A stretch of DNA of 64,000 bases from Myxococcales bacterium (GTDB lineage: Bacteria > Myxococcota_A > Polyangia > Palsa-1104 > JAEUJZ01): assembly GCA_016794505.1 (NCBI GenBank), contig JAEUJZ010000076.1, forward strand, positions 128,001 through 192,000, read 5' to 3'. Numbering within the stretch: the first letter of the stretch is position 1; every line of letters begins with the position of its first letter. The notes below the pieces were generated by a model, which saw only the letters and a list, made by a program, of their open reading frames with translations, made no database searches and was not told the origin of the DNA. Both the position numbers and the translations under genes were made by a program. This document shows positions 19,807-30,158 of this stretch, one piece after another.

Positions 19807-20038
19807 CGGCCTCTCCGTCGAGAACCGCGCGCCGCCTGGGGGATCATCCCCCCACCCCAGGCGCTTTGGCCCGCTTCAGCTGGGGGATGTTTCCCCGCCC
19901 ATCCCAGACTGCCCGGAGTATACGCGGTGCTTCAAAGACAAAATGATAAATATGTAATCAGGATCATCCACGTATGCTGTTCTGATTCTTTGACTTGTTG
20001 TTCTTGTCTTCAACCACATCTTGAAATCCTTCAACAGC

Positions 20039-20245
20039 TCAGGCTTCCACAAAAGGACTGGCTATTTTATTGATATTTTCCATAGGGAGACCGAGCTTCA
20101 GATTCGTATTGATAATGATCTTGTTGCGCTTTGCCCGAATGGCATCATTCACAATTTCCTCAATGGAGGCGAGCACAAAAGCCGAGCACTCCTCGTAGTC
20201 GAGACACTGCTTTGGTTGCTTCAATTCAAGTTTATCGTATTGCAT
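20039..20245 (-). CDS. orphan small ORF (68 aa) inside an AT-rich island
   Basis: The only protein-like ORF in the ~370-bp low-GC segment at 19920-20290. Charged, helical-looking sequence with no recognisable family. A competing 88-aa ORF lies on the + strand. Confidence 0.2.
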   Translation of the reverse strand: MQYDKLELKQPKQCLDYEECSAFVLASIEEIVNDAIRAKRNKIIINTNLKLGLPMENINKIASPFVEA

Positions 20246-20381
20246 TGCGCTGTCGCTCTATCCCTAAATTCCGCGAATCCTCATTGAGGCGCGTCGCATC
20301 GACACACGTTCGACCGACTGCGCCTGGTGTGGAAATACGTCGTGCCCCCCGCGCCGCTCCCCGCCCGGCGGGGGCGCTGAC

Positions 20382-21560
20382 CTAGGCCAAGACGTGCGGT
20401 ACGTGTAGCTCGCCGCGCGAGAGGAGCTGACGGCAGATGACCATGCGCTGCACTTCGTTGGTGCCCTCGCCGATCTCGCACAGCTTGGCGTCACGCATGT
20501 GGCGCTCGACGGGGTACTCGCGGGTATAGCCATAGCCGCCGTGGATCTGCACGGCGCGGTTGCACGCCCGCATCGCCGCCTGCGCCGCGTACAGCTTGGC
20601 CATCGACGCGGCCAGCGTGATGCGCTGGCCTTGGTCGTACATCCAAGCGGCGCGTCGAATCAAAAGGCGCGCCGCGTCAAGCTCGGTCGCGTTGTCGGCG
20701 AGCATGTTCTGGATCGCCTGGAACTCAGCCAGCGACTTGCCGAACTGCCTGCGCTCGCGGGCATAGCGACGGGCCGCTTCGTGCGCGCCATAGCCTAAGC
20801 CCAGCGCCATGGCCGCGATGGTGACGCGCCCCTTGTCGAGGATCTTCAGCGTGTCGATAAAGCCGTGATCGACCTGACCCAAGCGCTGGCTGTCGGCCAG
20901 TCGCACATCGTCGAGGATGAGCTCGGCGGTGTCCGAAGCATGCAGGCCCATCTTTTCCAGCACCTTGCCAGCGCGGAAACCAGGCGTGCCGCGCTCGACA
21001 ATAAAGGCGGTGATGCCGTGCTGCTTTTTTTCGGGTGTGCTGACCGCAAGCACGACATACGTGCCGCCCACCGAGCCCTGCGTGATGAAGGTCTTGGTGC
21101 CGCTTAGGCTCCAGCTTCCGTCGTCGAGGCGGGTGGCGCGGGTGCGAGCGCCAGCCGCATCGGATCCCGAGCCCGGCTCGGTCAGGCCCCAGGCGCCCAG
21201 CTTCTTGCCGCTGGCCAGATCGGGCAGGTACTTCATCTTTTGCTCTTCGGTGCCGGCGAGCAGGATATGGCCCGAGGCCAGGCCGTTGTGCGACGCGACG
21301 GTGATGGCGACGCTGCCGTCGACAGCGGCGAGCTCTTCGACGACCAAGGCGATAGCCTGCAGCGACATCTCGGCGCCGCCGTAGCGCTCGGGAATCGCCA
21401 TGCCCAAGAGCCCCAGCGCGCCCAGCTTGGGAATCAGCTCATGCGGAAAGCGCTCTTCTTCGTTCCACGCGTGGCAAAAGGGAGCCACTTCCGCCGCGGC
21501 GAATTCGCGCACGGTCTTTTGCAGGACGCGCAGATCTTCGGGCAGTTCAAAGTCAAGCAT
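20382..21560 (-). CDS. acyl-CoA dehydrogenase
   Basis: 'GAWGLTEPGSGSDA', 'YAAQAAMRACNRAVQIHGGYGYTREYPVER', 'GEGTNEVQR' are acyl-CoA dehydrogenase signatures. Start taken at MLDFELPED. Confidence 0.9.
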   Translation of the reverse strand: MLDFELPEDLRVLQKTVREFAAAEVAPFCHAWNEEERFPHELIPKLGALGLLGMAIPERYGGAEMSLQAIALVVEELAAVDGSVAITVASHNGLASGHILLAGTEEQKMKYLPDLASGKKLGAWGLTEPGSGSDAAGARTRATRLDDGSWSLSGTKTFITQGSVGGTYVVLAVSTPEKKQHGITAFIVERGTPGFRAGKVLEKMGLHASDTAELILDDVRLADSQRLGQVDHGFIDTLKILDKGRVTIAAMALGLGYGAHEAARRYARERRQFGKSLAEFQAIQNMLADNATELDAARLLIRRAAWMYDQGQRITLAASMAKLYAAQAAMRACNRAVQIHGGYGYTREYPVERHMRDAKLCEIGEGTNEVQRMVICRQLLSRGELHVPHVLA

Positions 21561-21641
21561 GATGGACCTTTGTCTATCTGGCCGCAGCGCACGTCGATGG
21601 CGACCCATGCCGTCGCTGCGCAGGCATGTGGGGAAGTCAGG

Positions 21642-22106
21642 CTAGGAAAGTCGGCTGGCCTCAGCATGGGGACGAACCACAGACTCGATGAAGTCGACGA
21701 TCTCGTGCGTCGAGGCTCCGGGCTTAAACAGCGCCCGCACGCCGCGCTCGCGCAGCTCTTTTTCGTCCTCTTCGGGAATGATGCCGCCGCCGAACACGAT
21801 CACGTCGCCCGCACCGCGCTTGCCTAGCTCGCCCATCACCGCCGGGAACAGCGTCATGTGCGCCCCCGACATGATCGAAAGGCCAACCGCGTCGACGGCC
21901 TCTTGCACCGCGGTGGCAGCGATCATCTCGGGCGTCTGATGCAGGCCGGTATAGATCACTTCGTACCCGGCATCCGACAGCGCGCGGGCAACGACTTTGG
22001 CGCCGCGATCGTGGCCATCCAGCCCCGGCTTGGCGATCAAGATGCGAAGCTTGGCCGCGCCCGCAGGCGCTCGGCTTTTGCCTCCCTGGTTCTCAGACAT
22101 GGTCAA
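21642..22106 (-). CDS. cobalamin (B12)-binding domain protein (methylmalonyl/isobutyryl-CoA mutase small-subunit-like)
   Basis: '[33 protein letters not shown]' contains the DxHxxG B12-binding motif. The ~150-aa size is typical of mutase small subunits. Confidence 0.8.
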   Translation of the reverse strand: MTMSENQGGKSRAPAGAAKLRILIAKPGLDGHDRGAKVVARALSDAGYEVIYTGLHQTPEMIAATAVQEAVDAVGLSIMSGAHMTLFPAVMGELGKRGAGDVIVFGGGIIPEEDEKELRERGVRALFKPGASTHEIVDFIESVVRPHAEASRLS

Positions 22107-23271
22107 CGAACTCCTTTAGCAGCGAGCGCGCGATGACGATGCGCTGGATCTCGCTCGTGCCTTCATAAATGCGCTGCACTCGGGCATCGCGCAGGTATCG
22201 CTCGACGGGAAACTCGTGGGTATAGCCATAGCCGCCGTGTACTTGCAGCGCCATGTCGCAGACGCGGCCTGCCATCTCGGACGCATACAGCTTGGCCATC
22301 GCCGCTTTGGCGGAATACGGCTGTCCTTCTTGCTTAAGGTAGGCAGCCCGCAGCGTCAGCAAACGCGCGGCATCAAGCTGCGTCGCGGCATCGGCCAGCA
22401 TGTTCTGGATGGCCTGAAAGTTGGCGAGCGCCTGACCGAACTGCTTGCGCTCTTTGGCATACGTCGTCGCTGCGGACAGCGCTGCCCGCGCTACACCGAC
22501 GGCCTGCGATGCAATGCCGATGCGGCCCCCGTCCAGCGCTGCCATCGCCAGCTTGAAGCCGTCGCCGACGCGACCGAGCAGCGCCGACGTCGGCACCACA
22601 CAGCCGTCGAACGTCAGCGGCACGGTCGTCGAGCCATGCAGGCCCAGCTTGTGCTCGGGTTTGCCAGCGGAAAGGCCAGGCGTATCGCCAGGAACAATAA
22701 ACGCGCTGATCCCAGAAGCCGCCTTGCCGCCCGCCCGCAGGCCTGCGCCTCCGTCGGTGCGCGCCCAGACAATCAGCACGCGGGCACGATCCCCCGATGT
22801 GATCCACAGCTTGCTGCCGTCGATGCGATAGCCGTCTTGGGTCTCTGTGGCGATGGTGCGCATACCCGCCGCATCGGATCCAGACTGAGGCTCGGACAGG
22901 GCGAAGGCTCCGCACACGGCCTCGCCCGAGCACAGCATCGGCACGTACGTTCGCTTCTGTTCATCGCTGCCGAAGGCCACGATGAGCTCAGCCACCATGT
23001 TGGTGACGGCCATGGCGACGGCGACCGAGGCATCGGCGGCTGCGATCTCGGTCAGCGACAGTGAATAGGCAACGGCCCCAGCCTGTGCCCCGCCGAGCTC
23101 GTCGGGTACGTTGACGCCCAAAAGTCCCAGCTGGCCAAGCTGACGAAGCTCTGATGCGGGAAACCAGCCCTGCAGATCGCGCTCGGCCGCTCGCGGTGCC
23201 AGCGTACCCATCGCGAACTCGCGTGCGGTCTTGACGATTAGTTGCTGTTCTTCGGTAGGCTCAAAGTTCAT
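22093..23271 (-). CDS. acyl-CoA dehydrogenase
   Basis: '[14 protein letters not shown]', '[23 protein letters not shown]', 'YEGTSEIQR'. Confidence 0.9.
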   Translation of the reverse strand: MNFEPTEEQQLIVKTAREFAMGTLAPRAAERDLQGWFPASELRQLGQLGLLGVNVPDELGGAQAGAVAYSLSLTEIAAADASVAVAMAVTNMVAELIVAFGSDEQKRTYVPMLCSGEAVCGAFALSEPQSGSDAAGMRTIATETQDGYRIDGSKLWITSGDRARVLIVWARTDGGAGLRAGGKAASGISAFIVPGDTPGLSAGKPEHKLGLHGSTTVPLTFDGCVVPTSALLGRVGDGFKLAMAALDGGRIGIASQAVGVARAALSAATTYAKERKQFGQALANFQAIQNMLADAATQLDAARLLTLRAAYLKQEGQPYSAKAAMAKLYASEMAGRVCDMALQVHGGYGYTHEFPVERYLRDARVQRIYEGTSEIQRIVIARSLLKEFVDHV

Positions 23272-23996
23272 TTTTCGCTGCCGAACAAGTCGCCCATCGG
23301 GAAGCTCACCTTGACCATCTGGCCCAGGGGATCATCAAACGAAAGCGCGAGCACGCGGTCAGCGACGCACTTGGCCAGCTTGGCATCCTGCGGCTCGTCT
23401 GCAGCGAAGCCCGCCGAGGTCGCGCTGCCGCCCGGACCGACGTATAGCGTCATGCGCAGCGCCTTTACCGCCGCAGTGCCCGCCCGGCCTTTGCATGCGG
23501 CCAAGGCTGCTTTCTTCTTGGCGAGCACGCTCGCGATGCGCTCTTTTTGCCAGGTTCCCGTTGGTGTGCGCGCGGCAAAGTCGATCGGACAGGTCAGCTC
23601 GCCCTCGCCGCCTTTGGGCGTCGGAAACTGCGTCTTTTCGAGCGTCGCCACCACGCACTGCTCGATCTCGGTACTGCCGAGGCTGGAATCGACGATCGCC
23701 ACCCACTTGGGACGCCCGCTGGGCAGCACGCGCACCTTGAGCTCAAGGTGCCCTCCGACATAGTGCAGCCGCCCCGCCTGCTCGTCGTAACAGCGACGCA
23801 TGGCAGCATGGTTGGCTTGCAGCACACGCTGCACCGCGCCGTCTTCTAGCTCACCGACGATGCCCTCGACCTGCATGTCGGCTGCGGCAGGCGGCGGCGG
23901 CGCTTCGACCTTGGGTTTCTTCTTGCTAAAGGCCGGCTCGACGAGCCCTGCACACAGCAGCAGCCCGATCCAGCCAGCCGACTTTAGGTACTTCAT
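23268..23996 (-). CDS. AgmX/PglI C-terminal-domain secreted protein (two tandem domains)
   Basis: Signal peptide. Two copies of a TonB-C-like pattern: 'VQRVLQANHAAMRRCYDE...KVRVLPSGRP..VAIVDSSLG..IEQCVVATLEKTQFPTP' and 'AALAACKGRAG..MTLYVGPGGS..KLAKCVADRVLALSFDDP'. Confidence 0.55.
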   Translation of the reverse strand: MKYLKSAGWIGLLLCAGLVEPAFSKKKPKVEAPPPPAAADMQVEGIVGELEDGAVQRVLQANHAAMRRCYDEQAGRLHYVGGHLELKVRVLPSGRPKWVAIVDSSLGSTEIEQCVVATLEKTQFPTPKGGEGELTCPIDFAARTPTGTWQKERIASVLAKKKAALAACKGRAGTAAVKALRMTLYVGPGGSATSAGFAADEPQDAKLAKCVADRVLALSFDDPLGQMVKVSFPMGDLFGSEK

Positions 23997-24017
23997 CTGG
24001 GCGGTTTCCTCGCGACG

Positions 24018-24485
24018 CTACATGATGGGGCGCAGGAAGAAGTTGCACTGCACCGGAGTCAGCGTCTGTCCCGTCGGATACGACCAGCCCTTGACCGCCT
24101 CCAAGATGCAGGCTTCTAGCTCTCTACGTTCGCCGCTGTTTAGGACGCTGGCTTCTTGCGCCCGTCCCTCGGGGTTGACCAGCATCGAGATGCGGATCTC
24201 TGCCTCGAACTTCTTGCCGCCGTTGCGCTCGGACTCTTGCATCCAGCAGCGCGAAATATCGGGGCTGGTCTGCGCCTTGCGCGTGCAGACCTTGCGCACT
24301 TCCGCGGCCCGTTCCTCGGTGTTCTCGACGGTGGGCGTCTCATAAGCCGGCGCCTCGGGCTTGACATAGGGCCTGGGCGTCGGCTTGGCCACCTTGGGTG
24401 GCTCTGAACAGCCGCTGGCCAAACAGACCATCGCGAGCGCGATCGAAGCGGGCAATCGGCAGAGGAGATCGTAGGTCCTGCGCAT
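24018..24485 (-). CDS. hypothetical lipoprotein with AgmX/PglI-like C-terminal domain
   Basis: 'LAMVCLASGC' lipobox. C-terminal 'ISRCW...ISMLVNPEGRAQEASVLNSG..LEACILEAVKGWSYP' matches the same domain pattern. Confidence 0.5.
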   Translation of the reverse strand: MRRTYDLLCRLPASIALAMVCLASGCSEPPKVAKPTPRPYVKPEAPAYETPTVENTEERAAEVRKVCTRKAQTSPDISRCWMQESERNGGKKFEAEIRISMLVNPEGRAQEASVLNSGERRELEACILEAVKGWSYPTGQTLTPVQCNFFLRPIM

Positions 24486-24517
24486 GAGAGGCTCCTTCGC
24501 CCGTGGGCCGGGGGTTC

Positions 24518-25684
24518 TTACTCTTTCAGGATGGCACTTGCGATGACCAGGCGCTGAATCTCGCTGGTGCCTTCATAGATCTCAGTGATCTTCGCATCGC
24601 GGTAGTGGCGCTCGGCGGGAAAATCTTCGACAAAGCCATTGCCACCAAAGATCTGCACGCCTTCCTTGGCCGCGCGGTTGGCGACTTCCGACGCGAACAG
24701 CTTGGCCATGGCCGATTCCTTGCTGTGGCGCACGCCGCGATCTTTTTGCGTCGCCGCGCGCAGCGTCAGCAAGCGAGCCGCGTCGATCTCAGTGGCCATG
24801 TCCGCCAGCTTCCACTGGATCGACTGGTGGTTGGCGATGGGCTGACCAAACGTCTTGCGCTCAAGCGCATAGCGCCCGGCGTCTTCGTATGCGGCTCGGC
24901 CAATCCCCAGCGCTTGCGCCGCGATGCCGATGCGTCCTCCGTCGAGCGTGGCCATCGCAACCTTGAAGCCCTGGCCGACCTCGCCCAGAAGCAGGCTCTT
25001 GGGCAGAAAGACATCGTCGAGGAAGATCTGACACGACTGCGAGCCGCGAATGCCCAGCTTCTTGTCCGGCGGTCCAGTGCGCACGCCCGGCGTGTTCATC
25101 GGCAGGATGAACGACGTGATCGCTTTGTGTCCCGAGTCGCGGCCCGGCGGGTCCGCCATGCAGAACAGCACGCAGACATCCGCGACGGGGCCGTTGGTGA
25201 TCCAGTTCTTCACACCGTTTATGACAAAGCCGTCTTCGCCGCTGGGGCCTTTGGCCGGGCGAGCGATCGTCTTCTGTGCCGCGGCGTCGGATCCTGCCTC
25301 GGGTTCGCTGAGCGCAAAGCAGCCAAGCAAGCGGCCCTGGGCGAGCGGCGTCAACCACTTCTGCTTCTGTTCTTCGTTGCCAAACTTATAAATGGGGTCG
25401 CAGACGAGCGAGTTGTTGACGCTCAGGATCACGCCCGTCGAGGCGCAGGCGCGCGAGATCTCTTCCAGCACCAGCACGTACGAGACCGTGTCCAGACCGG
25501 CGCCACCGTACTGTTCGGGAATGGCGATGCCCATAAAGCCCAGCTCGCCCATGCGCGCGACGAGCTCGCGCGGGTGACGGTGGTTGTGATCGATCTCGGC
25601 GGCCTTCGGCAGCACTTCGTTCTTAGCGAACTCGGCGGCCACCTTCTGCGCCATCTGTTGCTCGTCTGTGAGTTGCAGATCCAT
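24518..25684 (-). CDS. acyl-CoA dehydrogenase
   Basis: 'GCFALSEPEAGSDA', 'QIFGGNGFVEDFPAERHYRDAKI', 'YEGTSEIQR'. Start at MDLQLTDEQQ (ATG at 25684); the longer tracked ORF is an upstream extension. Confidence 0.9.
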   Translation of the reverse strand: MDLQLTDEQQMAQKVAAEFAKNEVLPKAAEIDHNHRHPRELVARMGELGFMGIAIPEQYGGAGLDTVSYVLVLEEISRACASTGVILSVNNSLVCDPIYKFGNEEQKQKWLTPLAQGRLLGCFALSEPEAGSDAAAQKTIARPAKGPSGEDGFVINGVKNWITNGPVADVCVLFCMADPPGRDSGHKAITSFILPMNTPGVRTGPPDKKLGIRGSQSCQIFLDDVFLPKSLLLGEVGQGFKVAMATLDGGRIGIAAQALGIGRAAYEDAGRYALERKTFGQPIANHQSIQWKLADMATEIDAARLLTLRAATQKDRGVRHSKESAMAKLFASEVANRAAKEGVQIFGGNGFVEDFPAERHYRDAKITEIYEGTSEIQRLVIASAILKE

Positions 25685-25860
25685 TCGAGTGTTCCTCTTG
25701 CATGCGACCTTGCCACGAAGCGCCCGGCGCGAGCAAGAACGGCCTCGCCGAGACATTCCCAGCTGCACGCACGCAGAGCCAGCGCGGCTCTGTGCCCGAT
25801 GTCGCCTCTGCCGCGCCAAGACCATTGTCGTGTCCGCGGTGACAGGCTAGCGTCTGTCGC

Positions 25861-27051
25861 GTGCCAGCCCAGCGCTTCCTGCCTGCAGATGCGTCGACGG
25901 ATCCAGACGCGTCGCTGCTTTTTTCGCGCCTGCGCCGCACCCAGGTCGTGCGGCTGGTGCGTCGAGCACTGCCCGCGACGTGGTCAGGCCGGCAGCGCGT
26001 GCTTGTGGCCTGCTCGGGAGGGCCCGACTCAACCGCCTTGATGCTGTCGATCGCTGTGCTGCGCGAGTCGCAGAGCCTGGTGCCGCACGTCGTCTGCATC
26101 GATCATCAGCTGCGCAAGGCTGCCGCGCAGGAAGCGCAGCAGGTCGTCGCGGCCGCGCAGCGCCTGGGCCTATCGGCGCAGATCCTGCCAGTTGAAGTCG
26201 CAGCGGGACCGTCGCGACAAGCGCAGGCGCGCAGCGCTCGCTATCGGGCCCTGGTCTTGCTCGCCGAGCAGCTCGGTGCGCCGTGGATTCTTCTTGGTCA
26301 CACTCGCGACGATCAAGCCGAGACCATGCTGATGCGCTGGCTGGCAGGCGCCGGGCCGAAAGGGCTCGCCGGAATGTCCGAGGTTGCCCAGCCACCGTGC
26401 TCGTGGCCTTCTTTCGTGCGGCTTGTGCGACCGCTGCTTGCCGTGTCGCGGGCGCAGATCCAAGGATTCTTGCGCCAAGCGACCTCGGTCATTGCGCCCC
26501 TTCCCGTCGACGATCCCAGCAACGCGGATCCGCGCTATCTGCGCTCACGCCTGCGGAACGAGGCGCTGCCGGTCCTGCGACGTCTGGCTCCGCACCTCGA
26601 CGCGCACCTTTTGGATCTTTCGCAACAGCTGGCCCGCGATGCCGCACTGCTCGACGAGCTAGCGGCCCAGGCGCTGCAGGCTCTTTTGCGCTCAGCAGCC
26701 AGCGCCCCATCGCCGGCACCACCGCGTGACGATCGGCTGGCCCTGTCTGTCCGCGAGCTAGAAGCGCTGCCCAGCGCCCTGACCGCACGCATCTTTCGTC
26801 GCCTGCTGGGGTCGCAGCTGGGTGCTCGACACGTGACGGCGCTGCTGTCGCTTTGTGCCAGTACAGCCGGGCGCAAGTGGCTGGATCTTCCGGGCTGCGG
26901 ACGAGTCGAACGCTGCCGCGGCTGGCTGCTTTTGCCACACCTGCCGCCGGCCGCACGGACCACGCAAGCCAGCGCTGTGCCTGATCATCTGAGGGCCCAG
27001 ACACATGCCCAGGATCCCCCCGTGCTCGACGGATGGGAAGCCGATGCTTAG
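25861..27051 (+). CDS. tilS: tRNA(Ile)-lysidine synthetase
   Basis: PP-loop 'VLVACSGGPDSTALM'. Classic tilS-ftsH synteny. Exact start uncertain. Confidence 0.8.
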   Translation: MPAQRFLPADASTDPDASLLFSRLRRTQVVRLVRRALPATWSGRQRVLVACSGGPDSTALMLSIAVLRESQSLVPHVVCIDHQLRKAAAQEAQQVVAAAQRLGLSAQILPVEVAAGPSRQAQARSARYRALVLLAEQLGAPWILLGHTRDDQAETMLMRWLAGAGPKGLAGMSEVAQPPCSWPSFVRLVRPLLAVSRAQIQGFLRQATSVIAPLPVDDPSNADPRYLRSRLRNEALPVLRRLAPHLDAHLLDLSQQLARDAALLDELAAQALQALLRSAASAPSPAPPRDDRLALSVRELEALPSALTARIFRRLLGSQLGARHVTALLSLCASTAGRKWLDLPGCGRVERCRGWLLLPHLPPAARTTQASAVPDHLRAQTHAQDPPVLDGWEADA

Positions 27052-27216
27052 GTTGACTGGCAGTGTTCGTGTGCAATAATGGCAAGACTTCGCGCCGGGC
27101 CAGTGATACGGCGCAGTCGTGGGCAGTGAGTTCGGGTCGGCACACGGCGAGCTCAAAAAGAAGGTCCTCCCCGACGGTGAGCTGCGAAGTCTCTCCCTAT
27201 TAGTTTCAAGAGGTGT

Positions 27217-29157
<1,941 letters not shown>

Positions 29158-29180
29158 GCAGGCGCCGGAGTAACCGGCCA

Positions 29181-29222
29181 ACAACTTCAAAAATAGATAC
29201 TAAATATACTTTATTATATTTA
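29181..29222. repeat. perfect 18-bp AT-rich inverted repeat (hairpin) downstream of ftsH
   Basis: 'AAATAGATACTAAATATA' (29181-29198) pairs with 'TATATTTAGTATCTATTT' (29205-29222) across a 6-nt loop, followed by a T-rich tract. It sits in a ~130-bp AT-rich island. Confidence 0.8.
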
Positions 29223-29414
29223 GTATCTATTTCTTAATATTTTACTGATAATTTATCTCTATTTCAGTCCTCATCACCCGTTACGCCAATAAGCTCCTAA
29301 CCGCACATCGCAAGGTCGCTGTCGCTGTTCGACACGACCAAGACCGCGTGCAGCCGGGACCTTCGGTCTAAGGATGTTGCGTGCGCAGCCGAGGGACGTG
29401 AAGCCGGGGCGCGC

Positions 29415-29927
29415 TCAGCGCTTGGGAATCGTGCAGTCGAAGCCGCTGCCCTGCAGCGTACACACGCGCGTGCGAAGGGAATAGCTGCGGACGACATCGC
29501 TGTAGTCGCACATCAGGTACGTCGCGCTCGCGACCCGTGCGGTGATGAGATCGTGTTTCACGGGCGTCTGCGTCCAGCTGGAAGGCTGCGGCAAGGTGAT
29601 CTGGGTCATAAATGGACCGGCCGGACACTCGATCGGCCCGGTGTTGCAGTCGAAGCCGCCCCGGCGGGCCTTGCATGTGGTGCCCTGGGGAAGCTTGTGA
29701 TTGACGCCAGTCCCGACCTTTATTTCGTAGGTGCAGACAAGGTAGAGCTCTGCCCCAACCACTTGGTACTCCGCCGATTTCGGACGCACGATCTCGGGCG
29801 TCCACCACCAGTTCGGCGCCTGCTTGGTCGACTCGTATCTCACGCCGCTCGGACACTCGATCTTGTCCGCGAGCGCGAACCCCGAGACCAGCAGGATTCC
29901 GGCGAGCGCGCAGAACAGACTTCTCAT
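29415..29927 (-). CDS. small secreted cysteine-rich protein (170 aa, 12 Cys)
   Basis: Signal peptide 'MRSLFCALAGILLVSGFALA'. GGAGGGAG RBS upstream of ATG at 29927. Multiple 'GFDC' and 'IECP' Cys motifs. The tracked ORF is extended upstream. Confidence 0.55.
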   Translation of the reverse strand: MRSLFCALAGILLVSGFALADKIECPSGVRYESTKQAPNWWWTPEIVRPKSAEYQVVGAELYLVCTYEIKVGTGVNHKLPQGTTCKARRGGFDCNTGPIECPAGPFMTQITLPQPSSWTQTPVKHDLITARVASATYLMCDYSDVVRSYSLRTRVCTLQGSGFDCTIPKR

Positions 29928-30158
29928 GGGCTCCCTCCATGGGTTTTCTCTCGGGATCGGACATCTCCACCGATCCACAGACGATGGATCGGTATGCAGC
30001 GCGAGCCCCGAGTCCCCCCGCGCAAGCTCATGATGGGCTTTTGGCGGTTCCCGCCCGTCAACGGCGGCCACGTCGACACAACTACGTCGTCGCGCGTTGA
30101 CAGGGAAAGGGCTCTCCCGGTAAGACCGTTTGAATGAACCATCGGCGAGGTCCGCACC

